DNA from: Octopus bimaculoides
Taxonomy: Eukaryota
NCBI RefSeq assembly: GCF_001194135.2
Contig: NC_068988.1
Span: 36,315,811-36,379,810 of the forward strand
Direction of reading: 5' to 3'
Length of the DNA: 64,000 bases
Below are positions 48,272 to 62,144 of the stretch, one piece after another. How positions within the stretch are numbered: the first letter of the stretch is position 1; each line of letters begins with the position of its first letter. A program made the position numbers and the translations under genes. The notes under the pieces are model-generated. The model did not search any database. It saw only the letters and a list, made by a program, of their open reading frames with translations, and was not told the origin of the DNA.

Positions 48272-51200
48272 CACGTATATGCATATATACTCGTGTGTGT
48301 ATAAATATATATATCAATATATATATACATATGCATGTGTGTGTGTATGCGCGTATGTATGTATGTATGTATGCATTTGAAGTAATAGAAATCATCAGGT
48401 TTCTGAAATAGTGTAACTTCGGAAGTTGTCGATACGTTTAAATATTCATTCTTTGATACACGTGGTTTTAACTGTTCCTACGTATAAATTGTCTGTAGAA
48501 ATATTAGAAGTATTTTAAGGATGTTTTTGTCTGATCATGTATGATCATTAAGAATCATACAGCTCAATGAAATCTTGTTGGTCATTGGAATGAAGTCTGG
48601 CTTATTATATTGCATGTGCCGTTATACTATAGATGCATAGTGTTTACAATTTCCACCGGATTTGAAAGATACGAATAACATTACGTTATAACCTTGTTCA
48701 ACTATAGTTCTCATATTCGGTTATAATGTCTTACGTTTAAGCTGGTTCCCATGCATTTCCCTGAAGAGTAGATTGCATTTTTAACATCGCCGATTCCTAT
48801 GGATCGTATAAATTGTAATTCTTCGAAAAATATGTTGGAAATAAAAGTATGCAGTTAAAATATGCGTTTTACTCCATTCATTAAATTTATATATACTGAA
48901 GTACCCAAAATATCAAGGAGTTTCTACCTCATAAACAGGAGTTACACCACAGTTATTTTGTGATCTTTGCTACCCTGGTATCTATTAACCAATTTATTTT
49001 GTCCGAGTTATTTATTAATTAGGAGAAAATAAATACATATAATATAATATAATATATACAAGCGCAGACACACACATAGACACGCACACGCTCACACCCA
49101 CACACGCACACACAAACATTGGAATAATGAGAGAGACGGAAGATGGAATATACGAGAATTTTTATTAATCACAATAATTTTTTCGAAACATGTAGTATCG
49201 ATTCCACATGAATTCTATACTTAACAGCTGATTTAGGACCATCCGTCGGGGCAGATTTTACTCTTTCGATGATAATAAGATATGGCTCTTTAAAATAACA
49301 ACAGTTCCGCAAGATATCTTGTCGGTTTGTGTAACGTAAACCAACAAATTAAAGGGTATAGCTTTATTAATATACAAGATTAATAACAAATAGAAAAAAG
49401 AAAAATAACAGATTCTTCAATGAAACTGATACACAATAAAGCGAAAGAAATATCTATGATCGCCCTCGTGTAGTTTGTATGGCGCATGTACACGCGCTTA
49501 TACAAACATCCACCAAGATATATGCAGATGCGCATGTTTGTTTTGACGCACATGCGCTCACATATCGAATTAAATAGTCACTAGATGTTTATAAGAACTT
49601 GTCGGTTACAGAAAATTCAATTCATCCATAACTTAAGGTGAATTATGATTTTTAATTAAGTTAGCAGTTATTCAAATTCATTCCCAGTACATTGTGAAAA
49701 TGCGCATTTATATACATGTAAGCATCTTCAAAGCTTTTCACAAATTCTATTAATGATTTTCTCATTGGTGCACATATTAGACAGCGATTCCTCGGAGCAG
49801 AGTTGGCATCTTCTGGACAGGATATTATTTGGTTTTGCGAGCCTTGCTATCGACGAAGTTCTATTATACTTAATTTTATCTTCCTTATGACGCCTCACAA
49901 AGTCGACCAATATTGAATGCTACTTGCTGATGTTCTTGAAGCTGGAGACATCTTTGCGATAACAATTCTTGAATTAATCAGCCATTGCCCCCAATGTAAG
50001 CATACGGTCCTCCCATCGTGTGTACGTTACACTTACGGTACATTTTAATTTCAGCAGTTTTGTAACCTTATTATGTCTCCAAATATATTCTGCAGATTAT
50101 GTTCATAAAATGTAATGAACTGGTTATACAACAAAGCACATAAGTAAAACATACGGTCTTTATTGTAAGAGATCTGAACATACATTTAATGTGTATAACG
50201 GTGATATTCTGTTCGGGAAAGTAGACGTTTCTTATATCCGGAAAGCGTTTTAAGTTCAAAGTTAGCATGTAGGTTTATAGTTGGGATATTCCATTAATGG
50301 AAATATTAATATAAACATGAGTTTTTAAATATATTGCTCTCGGAGAATAGTGCCTTCTGTATGCCAGTTGTTGCTTGTGTCTTACATTAGAAATATTTAA
50401 ATTTCGTTGTACATTCAGTTACTCCGCTTATAATAGATTTGATACTTTTTTTACGGTCATTTGTAGCAAGAGCACATAGCATGTTTTTTGTGAGTTGGAA
50501 AGATATAACGAGTCTTGAATAACTTCTAAAATTGCTCTCGATATCTAATTACCCACACCTTTAAAATGTGCTGGCATTTGATGTCAGTCTTCTGATTACA
50601 AGGTACCTGTTTGAAGTTTCCTACTGTTGCAGAATTTAGGGATTCCATCCGTTACCTTGTAGTACCTTGTGTCACAGCATCAATTTTATAATGAAAATCA
50701 TGCCTTGTTAGCTTTCTAGAATCGTGTCACTTGGTAACGAAACCAAATAGTTTTTGCCATGCATCCATGTGCATGCCACATTAAACCTTGGATATTTACA
50801 ATTACTTAGGAGTACTTGGCTACCAATGAATTTTAAACTCCGGTTTATAGTATTTGTCCATATTCTTTCACTACTTAAAACGAATTGTTTTTTAAGGGAA
50901 CTTTTCATTTTGCTCAAAGCTCATTGTTCTGGAGAGAGATTTATTTAAATGAATAGCAAACAATAAACTAAAAGGTATTTAGTTGAGAACCATTGTTTTC
51001 GGGACAGTAACGAGTCATAAGAGGTTCATATTGTGGAAGAGGATGTGAAGTTTGAAGATTTCTAGTAATGTAGAAAACAAATAGCCCACAGATTCCCCAT
51101 TAAATATCATCCATGACATAGCGTTCTCCCTTTCTAAACTATTTAAAGCATCTAACAAATTTGGAGATGCCTGTACATCACATTTTAGCATCTTTTCCTT

Positions 51201-52288
51201 TAATATGAAAGTACTCTTTTGATCTCTATGTGAGCAACCAGACAGGCGTAGAATACTGTTGTAGGATGTGTATGCAGGTAAGTAGGAAATGATAGACTTA
51301 GGAGAATTACTGGCGTATTTACTATGGGAACTTTAAGTTGATTTTTAAGCAAATAGTCATTTATTGGTTCGTGAATGTCGGTATAATATATGCTTGGTTA
51401 TATAACCTATCGAGCCGGTTCACCAATGGCATTTTTTTTTTAGTTAATTGTTGTTTCTTATGAGTTGGTCAGATCCTTAAAATTTATGATGAACGATTAT
51501 TCGGTACTATTATTTTTTCTCCACTTCTAACTATGCCTGTGTTTGTTAGCATGCTGAATCTTTTAACACTCTACATAACTTTCGGTTGAGTTTCATTCAT
51601 ACTGGTGTAGCTTCCAGTGCCATTCTTCTGTCTGCTAATCCTATTGTAGAACCCATTAATATTTTTAAATACGATGTCATTGGTGCATATGTAATGTGGT
51701 AAGACCCTTACTCACTTTCTGATCGTGTATGCTGTTTTGTATCTTGCACACGTTCACCTTACCTTTCATGTTGCAGCGGCCGATAAATGTTAGTTCAAAT
51801 CAAGAATACGCATGTTTTTTTTTTTCACTGTAGAGTTTCGCATGAAATATGTATCTTTACGTCGGCGTTGCAAATTATTGATGTAATGACCAATTATCAG
51901 AGTCAATAAAGAAAATGTTAAGAAGAATTCAGCCTTATAGTTGGCAATTTCGTTTTACGTACTCAGTTGAAATCACGTTCGGTTAAAGCTGTCAGTTTTT
52001 AATCAACTAGCTGTTAATTTATCAGAAAAATGAAAAGCGATCATCGTAAAGAATTCGGTGACAACTGCTAACAATTCGAACATTCAAGTCACTCTTCCAA
52101 ACAAAATAATTATTTTATAAATTGTAAATGTTTCGTTCGGAAATTATATATAGCATGTAATATCTAGAATCGTAGCTACTTAATAATGTAAATTTTCTAC
52201 TATTTTTCTTCCAGTCTTCAACTATAAAGATTTTGCTTTTTAAAAAGGAATTAAATACGTTTGCCATCTTAGAAAACGTTTCTATTGA

Positions 52289-52356
<68 letters not shown>

Positions 52357-54483
52357 TACAAATATTTCTTTTTAAATAGTAAGATATTTCTTCAAATTTG
52401 ATTTTACAGAGGTTTCTAGGCTGTTTTGTGGTCAACGTAAGAATTATAGATATATATCATATATGTAGTATAACTGAGATAATTCATTGCACAAAACGTT
52501 CATAATAAATTACGTAACACCGTGTTACTTAGAAAAGTCACATATTTTATATATTTGCTTTTCATTCTAACTTTCTTTTCATAATCTTTACGTATACTAC
52601 ACCATGCTTAACTCCTCCTTAAACATGCCAGTTTTTCTTTTATTATCGTGCTCACATCTGTTCCGAAATTTGATTTACTTATCTCATACAACTTCGCTGT
52701 GTTTTGTATTTCACTCATGACCTTTCTATCCAGCAATATTCCAGAATAGTTTCTGGTGATTTTCGTTAACATTTACAATTTGCATTCTTAAAAACCATTC
52801 ATAGTATTTTATCTGGTCATGACACTTTTACATTAAGTTTGTACTTTAATTCATTTTCATGTGCGAAACATATTTTAATAGTGAGCACAATTGTTTCATG
52901 TTTTATATTTCATGTTACCATTTAGAATTGTCATATAATATCCTAAAAATAATTTCAATTAAATATTTCGATGTCTTTCATAAATATAATCGTTATTAAA
53001 TTTCAAACATCGTACCAATTTAGATTTCTTAAACCATAAATAATCTTTGGCACGTTCATCTATTATATGCATCGATATGTCATAAACCACTCCATGAAAT
53101 TAAATAGTTTCAATACACATCCTATATTCATGATGCTTTAAATACCTTTCATTTTCAATATAACGAGAGTTCTTAGTTGGAGTTGATAAAATGAACAGTA
53201 TTTTTTTAATATATATAATTTATAATACCTGATGAAAAATTTAATTTAAAGAACAGTAATATATTAGATTTCTACAAATGTCTACAAAGAAAGGGAACAA
53301 ATTTGACGTGAGAAAATACAGATTTGTAAATTTACAGTAAATTGACTTTGAAAAGGTAAACAAATGTTGTGATGAAGATACAATCGCTAAAATTCAATAC
53401 GAACCTAAGAATGTCAGGTTTTCAGCATTCATACAAGTATTTTTAGATATGGTGTATATACGAGTACAGTGGTAGGCAAATTAGAACACCTATGATAAAA
53501 TGCTTGCAAGGTATGATTATCGAATAACTTTGAATTCATTATGCATTATTTTTTATGGATGATATGGTGCGGATGAAAGCAAATTTGATTGTTCCTTCTA
53601 TAACATAGAATAACACGTAACAGTGATGGAATAATTCAATATTACATTGTAGAAACTGCTTTCTGAATGGAATTATTCAATGATGTAATAATAATAACTT
53701 GCCTCCTAATCGAGTGTTAATTGATTAAAATCACGCTATAATTGCATTGGAATTCATCTTTATCTCAGCTAAATGTGTCGACATATCTTACCTATGTGCA
53801 TCACTCACATAATTGATTTCAATAAACAACTAAATACATTTTACTTTATTTCAAAAATATTCAATTTTCAAAACAAAATCTCATTGATGTATACAATTTA
53901 AACAAAAGACTGTAGATAAGTAATTCAGAATAAATATTTGACATAACGACACTGAAAAGAAAAATGATTATAAGTAATGGATTATATATACGAATCGAAA
54001 CTGACATTTAAATTCAAAAGAATGAGCAAGTTTACCAGCAAACCTATACATATAACCACAAACATAAAAAGGAATGCATATTTAACAATGAAAGAAGCAG
54101 CATTATTAATAGTAAATGAAAAATCGGAAATGGACAGCAGCAAATCAGAATAGACATATACACTTTATCATAATTTGTTTCTTACAGAAAACAGCTCAAC
54201 AGAAAACTTCAATCTAATGAAATCTAAATTCGATTGATGTTACACATGTTTCGAGATAATTCTTTTACGGGTAGATTTACATTAGTGTAAATTAATTACT
54301 ACAATGGAGAATTATTGATCTCCATCAACGAATCGTCTAACACAACCAATAAGTATATATCTAAATCATTCTACATCACACACAAAATGTTATCTCTCTG
54401 TCTACTCATCACTCACACCTATCTCTGTTTTCCCCACTATCCTTTTCCCCCAGCACAACCGCTCGATTACTCTGTCTGTCTCT

Positions 54484-54487
<4 letters not shown>

Positions 54488-54570
<83 letters not shown>
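54488..54570. repeat. (CT)n microsatellite
   Basis: Directly visible. Confidence 0.97.
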
Positions 54571-55179
54571 GCTCTCTTTATATATACACAAGCACATACG
54601 CACTCAGGCACGCGCGCGCAAATATATATCTATAATGTAAGACTCTTTAATTATATAAACATAAAACACATTAAATATGCATAGGACATGACACAAAGTG
54701 ATGAGTCAAAAATTTATTAGAAATATCTCCTAAGTTGCATTGAAATACAAGATTTTGAAAGTATGTGAAGCATTAGAACTCCCACAAATAAATTTGTATA
54801 CGGCGTGAAACGTGTAGAATGTAATACTTTTTACAGTCGAGACGTCGAGAGAGGATAACCATTTACCGTTTAAAATTGGCATTAATCAAGCATACAGGCA
54901 TGAGAAATCACAAGGGCTGTCAAAGATTGAAGTGTTGCAAAGGTTGACACGTCGTAGCGAAAGAGAAACAAGATACTTAAATTTTGAAAATTCAAGATTT
55001 ATCTAAAGAAATGGCGTTTAGAGAAAGGGTAAACTACAGTTTTATTTGAAGAAACAAATAATTGACATTTATTATGACAGAGAATCCATATTATATAAGA
55101 TTTACAAAGGATGAATATATTACTAAGCAAGTTTCAAATAACTTTAAATGTAGGAAGTATGATGAAGAATTTTCTTTTA

Positions 55180-55435
55180 TTATTTTGCTTGTTTCAGTCA
55201 TTTGACTGCGGCCATGCAGGAGCACCAACCTGAAGGATCTTAATAGAGCAAATCCGCACCAGGACTTCTTTTTATGCCTAGTACTTATTTTTTCAGCGTC
55301 ATTTGCAGAACCTTAAGTTATGGGGACGTAAGCACACCAACTCTGGTAGTCAAGCGTTGATGGGGGAGGGAGACAAATACAGACACAAAGACACACACAC
55401 GTAGATAAACACACACACATACACACACACATATA
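55180..55435 (-). mobile_element. Octopus-type SINE 3' half plus central microsatellite
   Basis: tgcttgtttcagtcatttgactgcggccatgcaggagcacc...gcctagtacttatt...ggggacgtaagcacacc...gacaaatacagacacaaagacacacac. Confidence 0.88.
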
Positions 55436-55436
55436 T

Positions 55437-56172
55437 ATAAGGTTGAGTAAAAAGTAAGCCACATTTTGAAACATGAAATTCATCAAAATATATATTTCAA
55501 TAATGCGGATATTTTATTCATCAAAATAAGTGCCATTAAAATCAACACATGTTTGCGGACGAGTTACAAGTTGTTTTTTCCGCTAACAAAAACAATCTGG
55601 AGTTCTGGGGATGATGAACTCTTTGAACACACTTTCAGCATCGGTTTGATTTTTGATCAAGTCACGCAGGAGACCATGGAGTTGCTTGAAAGAGAGGTCG
55701 TCGGAAGGAGAACGGACTGAGGAAAAATTGGATGGTAAAGAACTTCGTAGCCGAGTTCCCTCTTCTGTTGGCCAGTCCGGAACGGAGAAATAGCAGTTTT
55801 TCGTTTATTTTCGCAATTTCATGGCAATATGTTTCTGCAGTAATGGCTTTGCTGGGTTTTAGAAAGTTATAGTGGATAAATTCAGCAGTACACTACCAAA
55901 CAATCAACATAAACTTTTTTTGTAAGAGTTCGGGTTTAGGGAAGGGTTTACAGTCAATATATTAATCGGTCTGGTTACGGAGAAGCGACGAGAAAATTTC
56001 ATATCTGCGCATTTTCTGATTTTCATTCAAATCACGTGGTACCCATTTGTCGAGCTCTTTTGATTTTCCGATCTCATGCAAATGGCTGCAGGCAGATTTC
56101 TGAATAACTTGAAGTTCTTATGCCAGTTCTCGAGTGGTTTTACGTGGATCTTTCTCAATGACGGTCTTTAAT
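55437..56172 (-). mobile_element. Mariner (DD34D) transposon, 3' part with TIR; 5' part lost in a gap
   Basis: Terminus ATAAGGTTGAGTAAAAAGTAAG next to TA repeats. Minus-strand translation LKTVIEKDPRKTTRELA...HPIF...PSDDLSFKQLHGLL...FKEFI...CVDFNGTYFDE*. Confidence 0.85.
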
Positions 56173-56652
56173 NNNNNNNNNNNNNNNNNNNNNNNNNNNN
56201 NNNNNNNNNNNNNNNNNNNNNNNNNNNNNNNNNNNNNNNNNNNNNNNNNNNNNNNNNNNNNNNNNNNNNNNNNNNNNNNNNNNNNNNNNNNNNNNNNNNN
56301 NNNNNNNNNNNNNNNNNNNNNNNNNNNNNNNNNNNNNNNNNNNNNNNNNNNNNNNNNNNNNNNNNNNNNNNNNNNNNNNNNNNNNNNNNNNNNNNNNNNN
56401 NNNNNNNNNNNNNNNNNNNNNNNNNNNNNNNNNNNNNNNNNNNNNNNNNNNNNNNNNNNNNNNNNNNNNNNNNNNNNNNNNNNNNNNNNNNNNNNNNNNN
56501 NNNNNNNNNNNNNNNNNNNNNNNNNNNNNNNNNNNNNNNNNNNNNNNNNNNNNNNNNNNNNNNNNNNNNNNNNNNNNNNNNNNNNNNNNNAAATATGTCT
56601 TTGCAATTGTCTGATAATACAAAGATTGGCCACATACATCAATAAATAAAGA

Positions 56653-56694
<42 letters not shown>

Positions 56695-56696
<2 letters not shown>

Positions 56697-56782
56697 GACG
56701 AACTTCTCTCAATTTCCCTCTACCAAATCCACCTAAAAGACAGCGGTACCACGCAAGCATTTTACCACACACTCCTGCACCC
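56695..56782 (-). mobile_element. Octopus-type SINE 5' half (head), internally deleted
   Basis: gacgaacttctctcaatttccctctaccaaatccacc...gcattttaccacacactcctgcacc; the reverse complement begins GGTGCAGGAGTGTGTGGTAAAATGCTTGC, a tRNA-like head. Confidence 0.7.
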
Positions 56783-57339
56783 GTTAGACGTTTATGTTAA
56801 CTGTATAGTTACGGCATTGATTGATTTAAAATAGGTGTAATGTGAGCATATTTTATAGTGCATATTTTATTTTCTGCCGACAAGGAGCTGCGCCTGCGCG
56901 GTAGATTTGAAAAATTAGAATGTATAAGTATGGGGCATATATCTTTAATCTGGGTGTACCTGCTGAAGAAGACATCGCCTGGCAAATTATTTTATTTGCT
57001 AAAATAAGTTAGAAACCATTGGTCCAGAAGCTAGATGGTAAACGTCTTCATTCTCTTCGAAGTTTTATCCCTAATGGTGGTTTGGAACTTAGCTATTCTT
57101 GCTAGCGTGCAAGTAATCCTATGATGGATACCTCTTATATGTCTAAATGTACACTGTATTTATACGAAAAATATATAGTGTATGGACTAATTTTTTACAC
57201 GCTAGGCCACTGGTAGTAGAGATTTCTAATATTTCTCATTACCCACATATATATATATATATGTGTGTGTGTGTGCGTGTGTGTATGTGTGTGTGTGTGA
57301 GTGTGTGTGTGTGCGCACGTGTGTGTGTGTGTCTTTGTG

Positions 57340-57480
57340 TCTGTGTTTGTGCCCCCACCATCGCTTCATAACCGAGGTTGGTGTGCTTACGTGCTCGTAA
57401 CTTAGCGGTCCAGCAAAAAGACCAATAGAATAAGTACTACACTTACAAAGAAAATATCCTTGAGTCGATTACGACTCAAG
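57340..57480 (+). mobile_element. Octopus-type SINE 3' half, preceded by its (TG)n tract
   Basis: gtgtctgtgtttgtgcccccaccatcgcttc...gtaacttagcgg...aatagaataagtactacacttacaaag. Confidence 0.8.
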
Positions 57481-57959
57481 GATAGCTGATGGGGGTAGCT
57501 GACGGGGGTAGCTGATGAAGTAGAATGTTCTCTATGTGGCTTGTGTGTTTTCTCGTCTCTGTTTTGTTTGCAATGTCCTGTACCCAGATATGCACCTATA
57601 CATACAGGTGGATGTCGGTATGCACATACCTGTACGTATATATGCATATACTCATTTACGATTTGTTTTCATATATATATATATATATATACATACATAC
57701 ATATATGCGTGCGTGTGCATTTTGTAATACTCCAGCCACTTCATCAAGGTGTCCAGATCCGTTGTTCCAAACTCCTTCATCTTCAATACAACGCTGGCTT
57801 GGAGGACAGCTAAATGTCTAAGGAAGCAAGGTGTCGACTGTAGGTAGGGTGAGGGACAGTTTCAATGCCCATATCTGTCAAGTAATTAGTTTAACAGGAT
57901 GTTGTTATTGAGCACCCAGAGTAAAAACTTTCGCAATCTTTTATCATGCGTGGATATTC

Positions 57960-58472
57960 ATGAATATTTCTGCATACAGTTACGATAGCAACTCTAAACT
58001 GTATGCTTATTGCCTTTATAGAGACATAATTGATTTATATAGGAAACTGTGAACTTTCTCAACCACCTCTGAAGTTCTGACGTTACTCTTCAGCTGACAC
58101 CTGTTATCATCTCTTACTTCCTCTCTGCCGTCCTTGAACTTCTTGTGCCAACGGAAAAGTTTATACATAAAGAGTCTGGAGAATTTTATATGTTACTGTA
58201 GCCTTTTGTACAGTTCAAAGTAAAACGTTCTTGCATAAGTAGCATCCAAATGCTCCTACTCCATTCTGAAAACTTTTTTAGCTGTCACAAGTAGTGGTTA
58301 GTAGAGTGTGTTTAAAGATTTGGTACAGCTGTCTCCTTCATTCTGAAATACTAAATGCTCCCGGAACTGGTCACTTGTTATAGTGTAAATGATATACAAA
58401 ATTTGTGCTAATCTAGGGCGGTTATAACTCCCTCTCCTAAAATGTTTCAAAACATCTGGAATGCACCTCGTA
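57960..58472 (-). mobile_element. Mariner relic: left end and N-terminal HTH
   Basis: Terminus reads TACGAGGTGCATTCCAG on the minus strand; translation KLFRWHKKFKDGREEVRDDNR matches the mariner W...FK.GRE...DD.R motif. Confidence 0.7.
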
Positions 58473-58653
58473 AGTATATATATACATGCATGTATATATG
58501 TTCATATATNNNNNNNNNNNNNNNNNNNNNNNNNNNNNNNNNNNNNNNNNNNNNNNNNNNNNNNNNNNNNNNNNNNNNNNNNNNNNNNNNNNNNNNNNNN
58601 NNNNNNNNNNNNNNNNNNNNNNNNNNNNNNNATACATACATACATACATACAT

Positions 58654-58739
<86 letters not shown>

Positions 58740-59699
58740 ATTCAACATATGTATGTATGGAAGACTGGCTGGTCGGATGGCTAGATACAGGGATTGAAAG
58801 AAAGAAAGAGAAAAATGCGGTTCATATATAACATTGCGAATATACTGAAAGTTTAATTATCGTATAGAGTAGGAATACTTTATTTAATACACTACAGCGC
58901 GGATATTTTCCGATTAACAAGAAACCAAAAATCAGCCTTGCGTTAAATTTTCCACCGAAGGAATGCTGATTAAATCTATTCAGTTACAATTTTCAGACTT
59001 GTGGCTCACCAAAATCAATAAGATGTCTAGCACTGACGAAATGGTACAATGTTTCATGTCATGTTACTCTCCCAACCGCATCTAACACCATCATTTCTTC
59101 ACTATGATTATCCTGATTCTGACGTGAACAAGTACCGTGCCACAAAAGTTCAATATTTCCTTTTATTTACACTCCAATATTATGCATGAAATTTATAAGA
59201 AAAAATCGTTCTTGTTATTCACGGTGAAGTTTGGTTTCGTGTTTAGCTCCAAACCAATTGTTATAGAGTTCTCCTCTTATAACGTCATCGTCTAAGTGGA
59301 AAACATCAGACGACAATAGCCACGTCTCTATCTGATATCTATTTAAAAGATTGCATCTTCAAGGACAGCTGGCTTCCATTTCTAGAGTATCGTCTGTGAC
59401 CCCTGTGGTTGCCTATTAAATTCATCTAAATAGTAAAGCAATATCGAATACATGTACGGATTAATATTTGCTAAATTCATTTAAATCTTAATATGAGATT
59501 GATGTTTAAACCGACACCAGTATGATTGGAGGAATATGAAATAAAGAAAAGTAAACTCTATTAAATAGAATTAAATATATCTCATACACAGCTTCCTCAA
59601 ATATGGTAATATATATTTCCATAGCCTGGAAGAAAAACATGCAATGGGGAAAATCACGAGCTTAGCAAATCGCAACATCTACACTCATGTACGTAAGTG

Positions 59700-59735
<36 letters not shown>

Positions 59736-59994
59736 TTCATACATACACGTGCACACGCGCACACACATTGTTACTATATTTCAGGATGGTCGTTCTTTTT
59801 TCTTGCCAAATAAACATACACATTATATATTCGTTCTTCACTTGTTTATCATTATTCTTATTTCATCTTATCTCCATTGTCTGGAAATCTTTCGTCACAC
59901 ACTTATGACTTCTTGAATGACTCTTCCATCACACATGTCTCCTCCTGTTCTGTTTAGTCTATTCTGTCTTATTCTCTCTATATAAAGTAAGAAT

Positions 59995-60195
59995 AGTTAG
60001 CTTGCGGGGTAAAATGTATAGTGATATTTCGTTCACGTTTACATTATGCGTTAAAATTCCGTCGAGTTCGACTTTGCCTTTCATCATTCCGTGGGTCGAT
60101 ACAGAAGTATTAATTGAATTCTGGTATCCGATGTAATCGACTTATCAACTCTCCCGAAAATGTTGGCGTTGTGCCAAAATTTGAAATCAATATCT
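59995..60195 (+). mobile_element. tRNA-derived SINE with a Meta-domain-like core
   Basis: gttagcttgcggggtaaaatg...aaattccgtcgagttcgactttgcctttcatcattccgtgggtcgata...gatgtaatcgactt...ggcgttgtgccaaaatttgaa. Confidence 0.7.
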
Positions 60196-60780
60196 AACGT
60201 ATGGATATCAATAATATATGAGTATATGACAATGTGAAATATGTATTATCTGGATGAATTCATATCCGTGAAACTAACAGTAAAATCTTGCACAGTGTTG
60301 GGAAGTGAATAGCAACCGAATAAAGAAATGCTTTTACATCAGAAAAGCAGGTATCGCCCATTGGAATATTTATTTCATTGAAGCAAAATGTAGCAGTAAT
60401 ATTCCGGAGTTAATGCAGTCCAAAATAACATATTGCAATGTTCTAAGTGAAACCAAATGAATGATCATGCCTTGTATTGACACGTTCTCACGTACACGTA
60501 GGTGAAGGATGATATCGATCGAATCAATAAGAATACAATACATGTCTTGTAAAGATTATTATGAATTAAGAAGAATGAAAATAAAGTTGTTCACCTTGTA
60601 ATTTGAACTGAACACTTGACAGTGGTAACTTTATGGTGGTGAAGCATATTATACCTAATTCTGTAATGTCTCAATCAATCCAACAACTAAACTAAGTAAA
60701 TCAATAATAGATCAATTAAAAGAGAGCCAATCATGTAACGTAATATATAGATAGAAAAGCAAGATGGATGTGTGTGTGTA

Positions 60781-60844
<64 letters not shown>

Positions 60845-61359
60845 CATATATAATGCAAGAACATTATGAAATTACAGATACGTCTAAAAAGATATATATC
60901 TAAGTTTACTGGGGTTTTTCTGTGTTTATACAGAAAACCAGAAAATTTATTCATTTTACATATGAATAATATAATAAAGATATCGCTTCACTAACCCGTG
61001 GTTCTTTGTTCGAACTAATTGCATGGCATCTTGAGATTGCATGGCACCTCCATACCCCCACCCCATAATATGAGTAAAACTGATTCGAAGTGCAACTACA
61101 AAGAACGCAATTTGTTGCATTGAAACGGTATAGCTTTGATACATACATTCTGAATTTGTTTCAGAATGTAGCGGAGGCTGCACGTGAATACTCAATGTTA
61201 GGTAAATTAAAGCTTAGTCCAGGAGCAGATACATTCCTTTACTCGAACGACGGAGATTCATTAGCACCATATTTGTATGGATATACTCATGTATATGATG
61301 TGTATGTTGTACTTATACATATATACAGTGAATACTACTGGACAAAAAGTGAAAAATAT

Positions 61360-61540
61360 CTCGTATATCGTTGTTTTTCAGTCCTGTCCAAAGAAAACTG
61401 CATAATGATTTTGAACAAACGAAGAAACAATGCTCCACCACAATATAATAGCTACAAAATATACAACAAAACTACTGTTAAGTATTCTTATTCTATCACC
61501 CCTCATTTTGTTTCCGTTGTAGCTGCAATTAAGTTATAAA
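61360..61540 (+). mobile_element. Penelope-like element linker fragment
   Basis: NNAPPQYNSYKIYNKTTVKYSYSITPHFVSVVAAI parallels the PLE motif at 44700-44810 (NFPKNHKYYVIYNKSVVKCSYSAIPNLGTIIASI). Confidence 0.5.
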
Positions 61541-62144
61541 TTAAACAGTATTTTAGCTGTTACAAGCAGGCAAAAACAATATCATAGAGGTAATAATTTT
61601 CTATCAGCCCATATTAGTTCGAGTAGACTATAATAGCCGCAACAGTTTCAAAGTTGTCATAGTAATCATTATAGTACATAGTACAATTACTCGGCTGGTC
61701 AGATATATCTTTCATTATTAGTGACAGAAGTAGTACTAGTTCAAATGGCATTTTGTTTGTTATATTCAAGTCAGATATACTGTTTGATAACTTTATATTC
61801 GGTATTCGTTTCAATAAAAAAGTCTAGTAATAAAGTTACGTTAAGGAAGAAAACACAAACACACCAGCTATAAAAGTAGATTTAAAGCGTCTTGCCGCGG
61901 AGGTATCTTGTTGAATGCACCGTTCGAACACTTAATGCTTCGTTTGCTAATAACAAGATTCTATTCAGCCTGCCGGATCATTGTCTCAGTGGTAGTTTTT
62001 CTTAATTAACGTTTGTTATTTTATCAGCAAAGACGGAATTTGCCTCAGCATTCGGCTGATAATAAACGTTTTCTACTAATGACGTTCAGGAAATCATCAA
62101 TACGTAAATAGCGTATGTATGTATATGATCATCGTGCATGATAG

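Noticed and set aside
49140-49200. GAAACATGTA with an upstream hairpin (hammerhead right half)
   Set aside because: The CTGANGA box is absent; in AT-rich DNA this can arise by chance.
49722-50010. Higher-complexity segment with open frames of about 55-65 codons on both strands
   Set aside because: No motif, homology or consistent splice boundaries recognised.
61090-61539. 149-aa ORF as a host gene
   Set aside because: Its 3' part matches a PLE linker motif; more likely a transposon relic.
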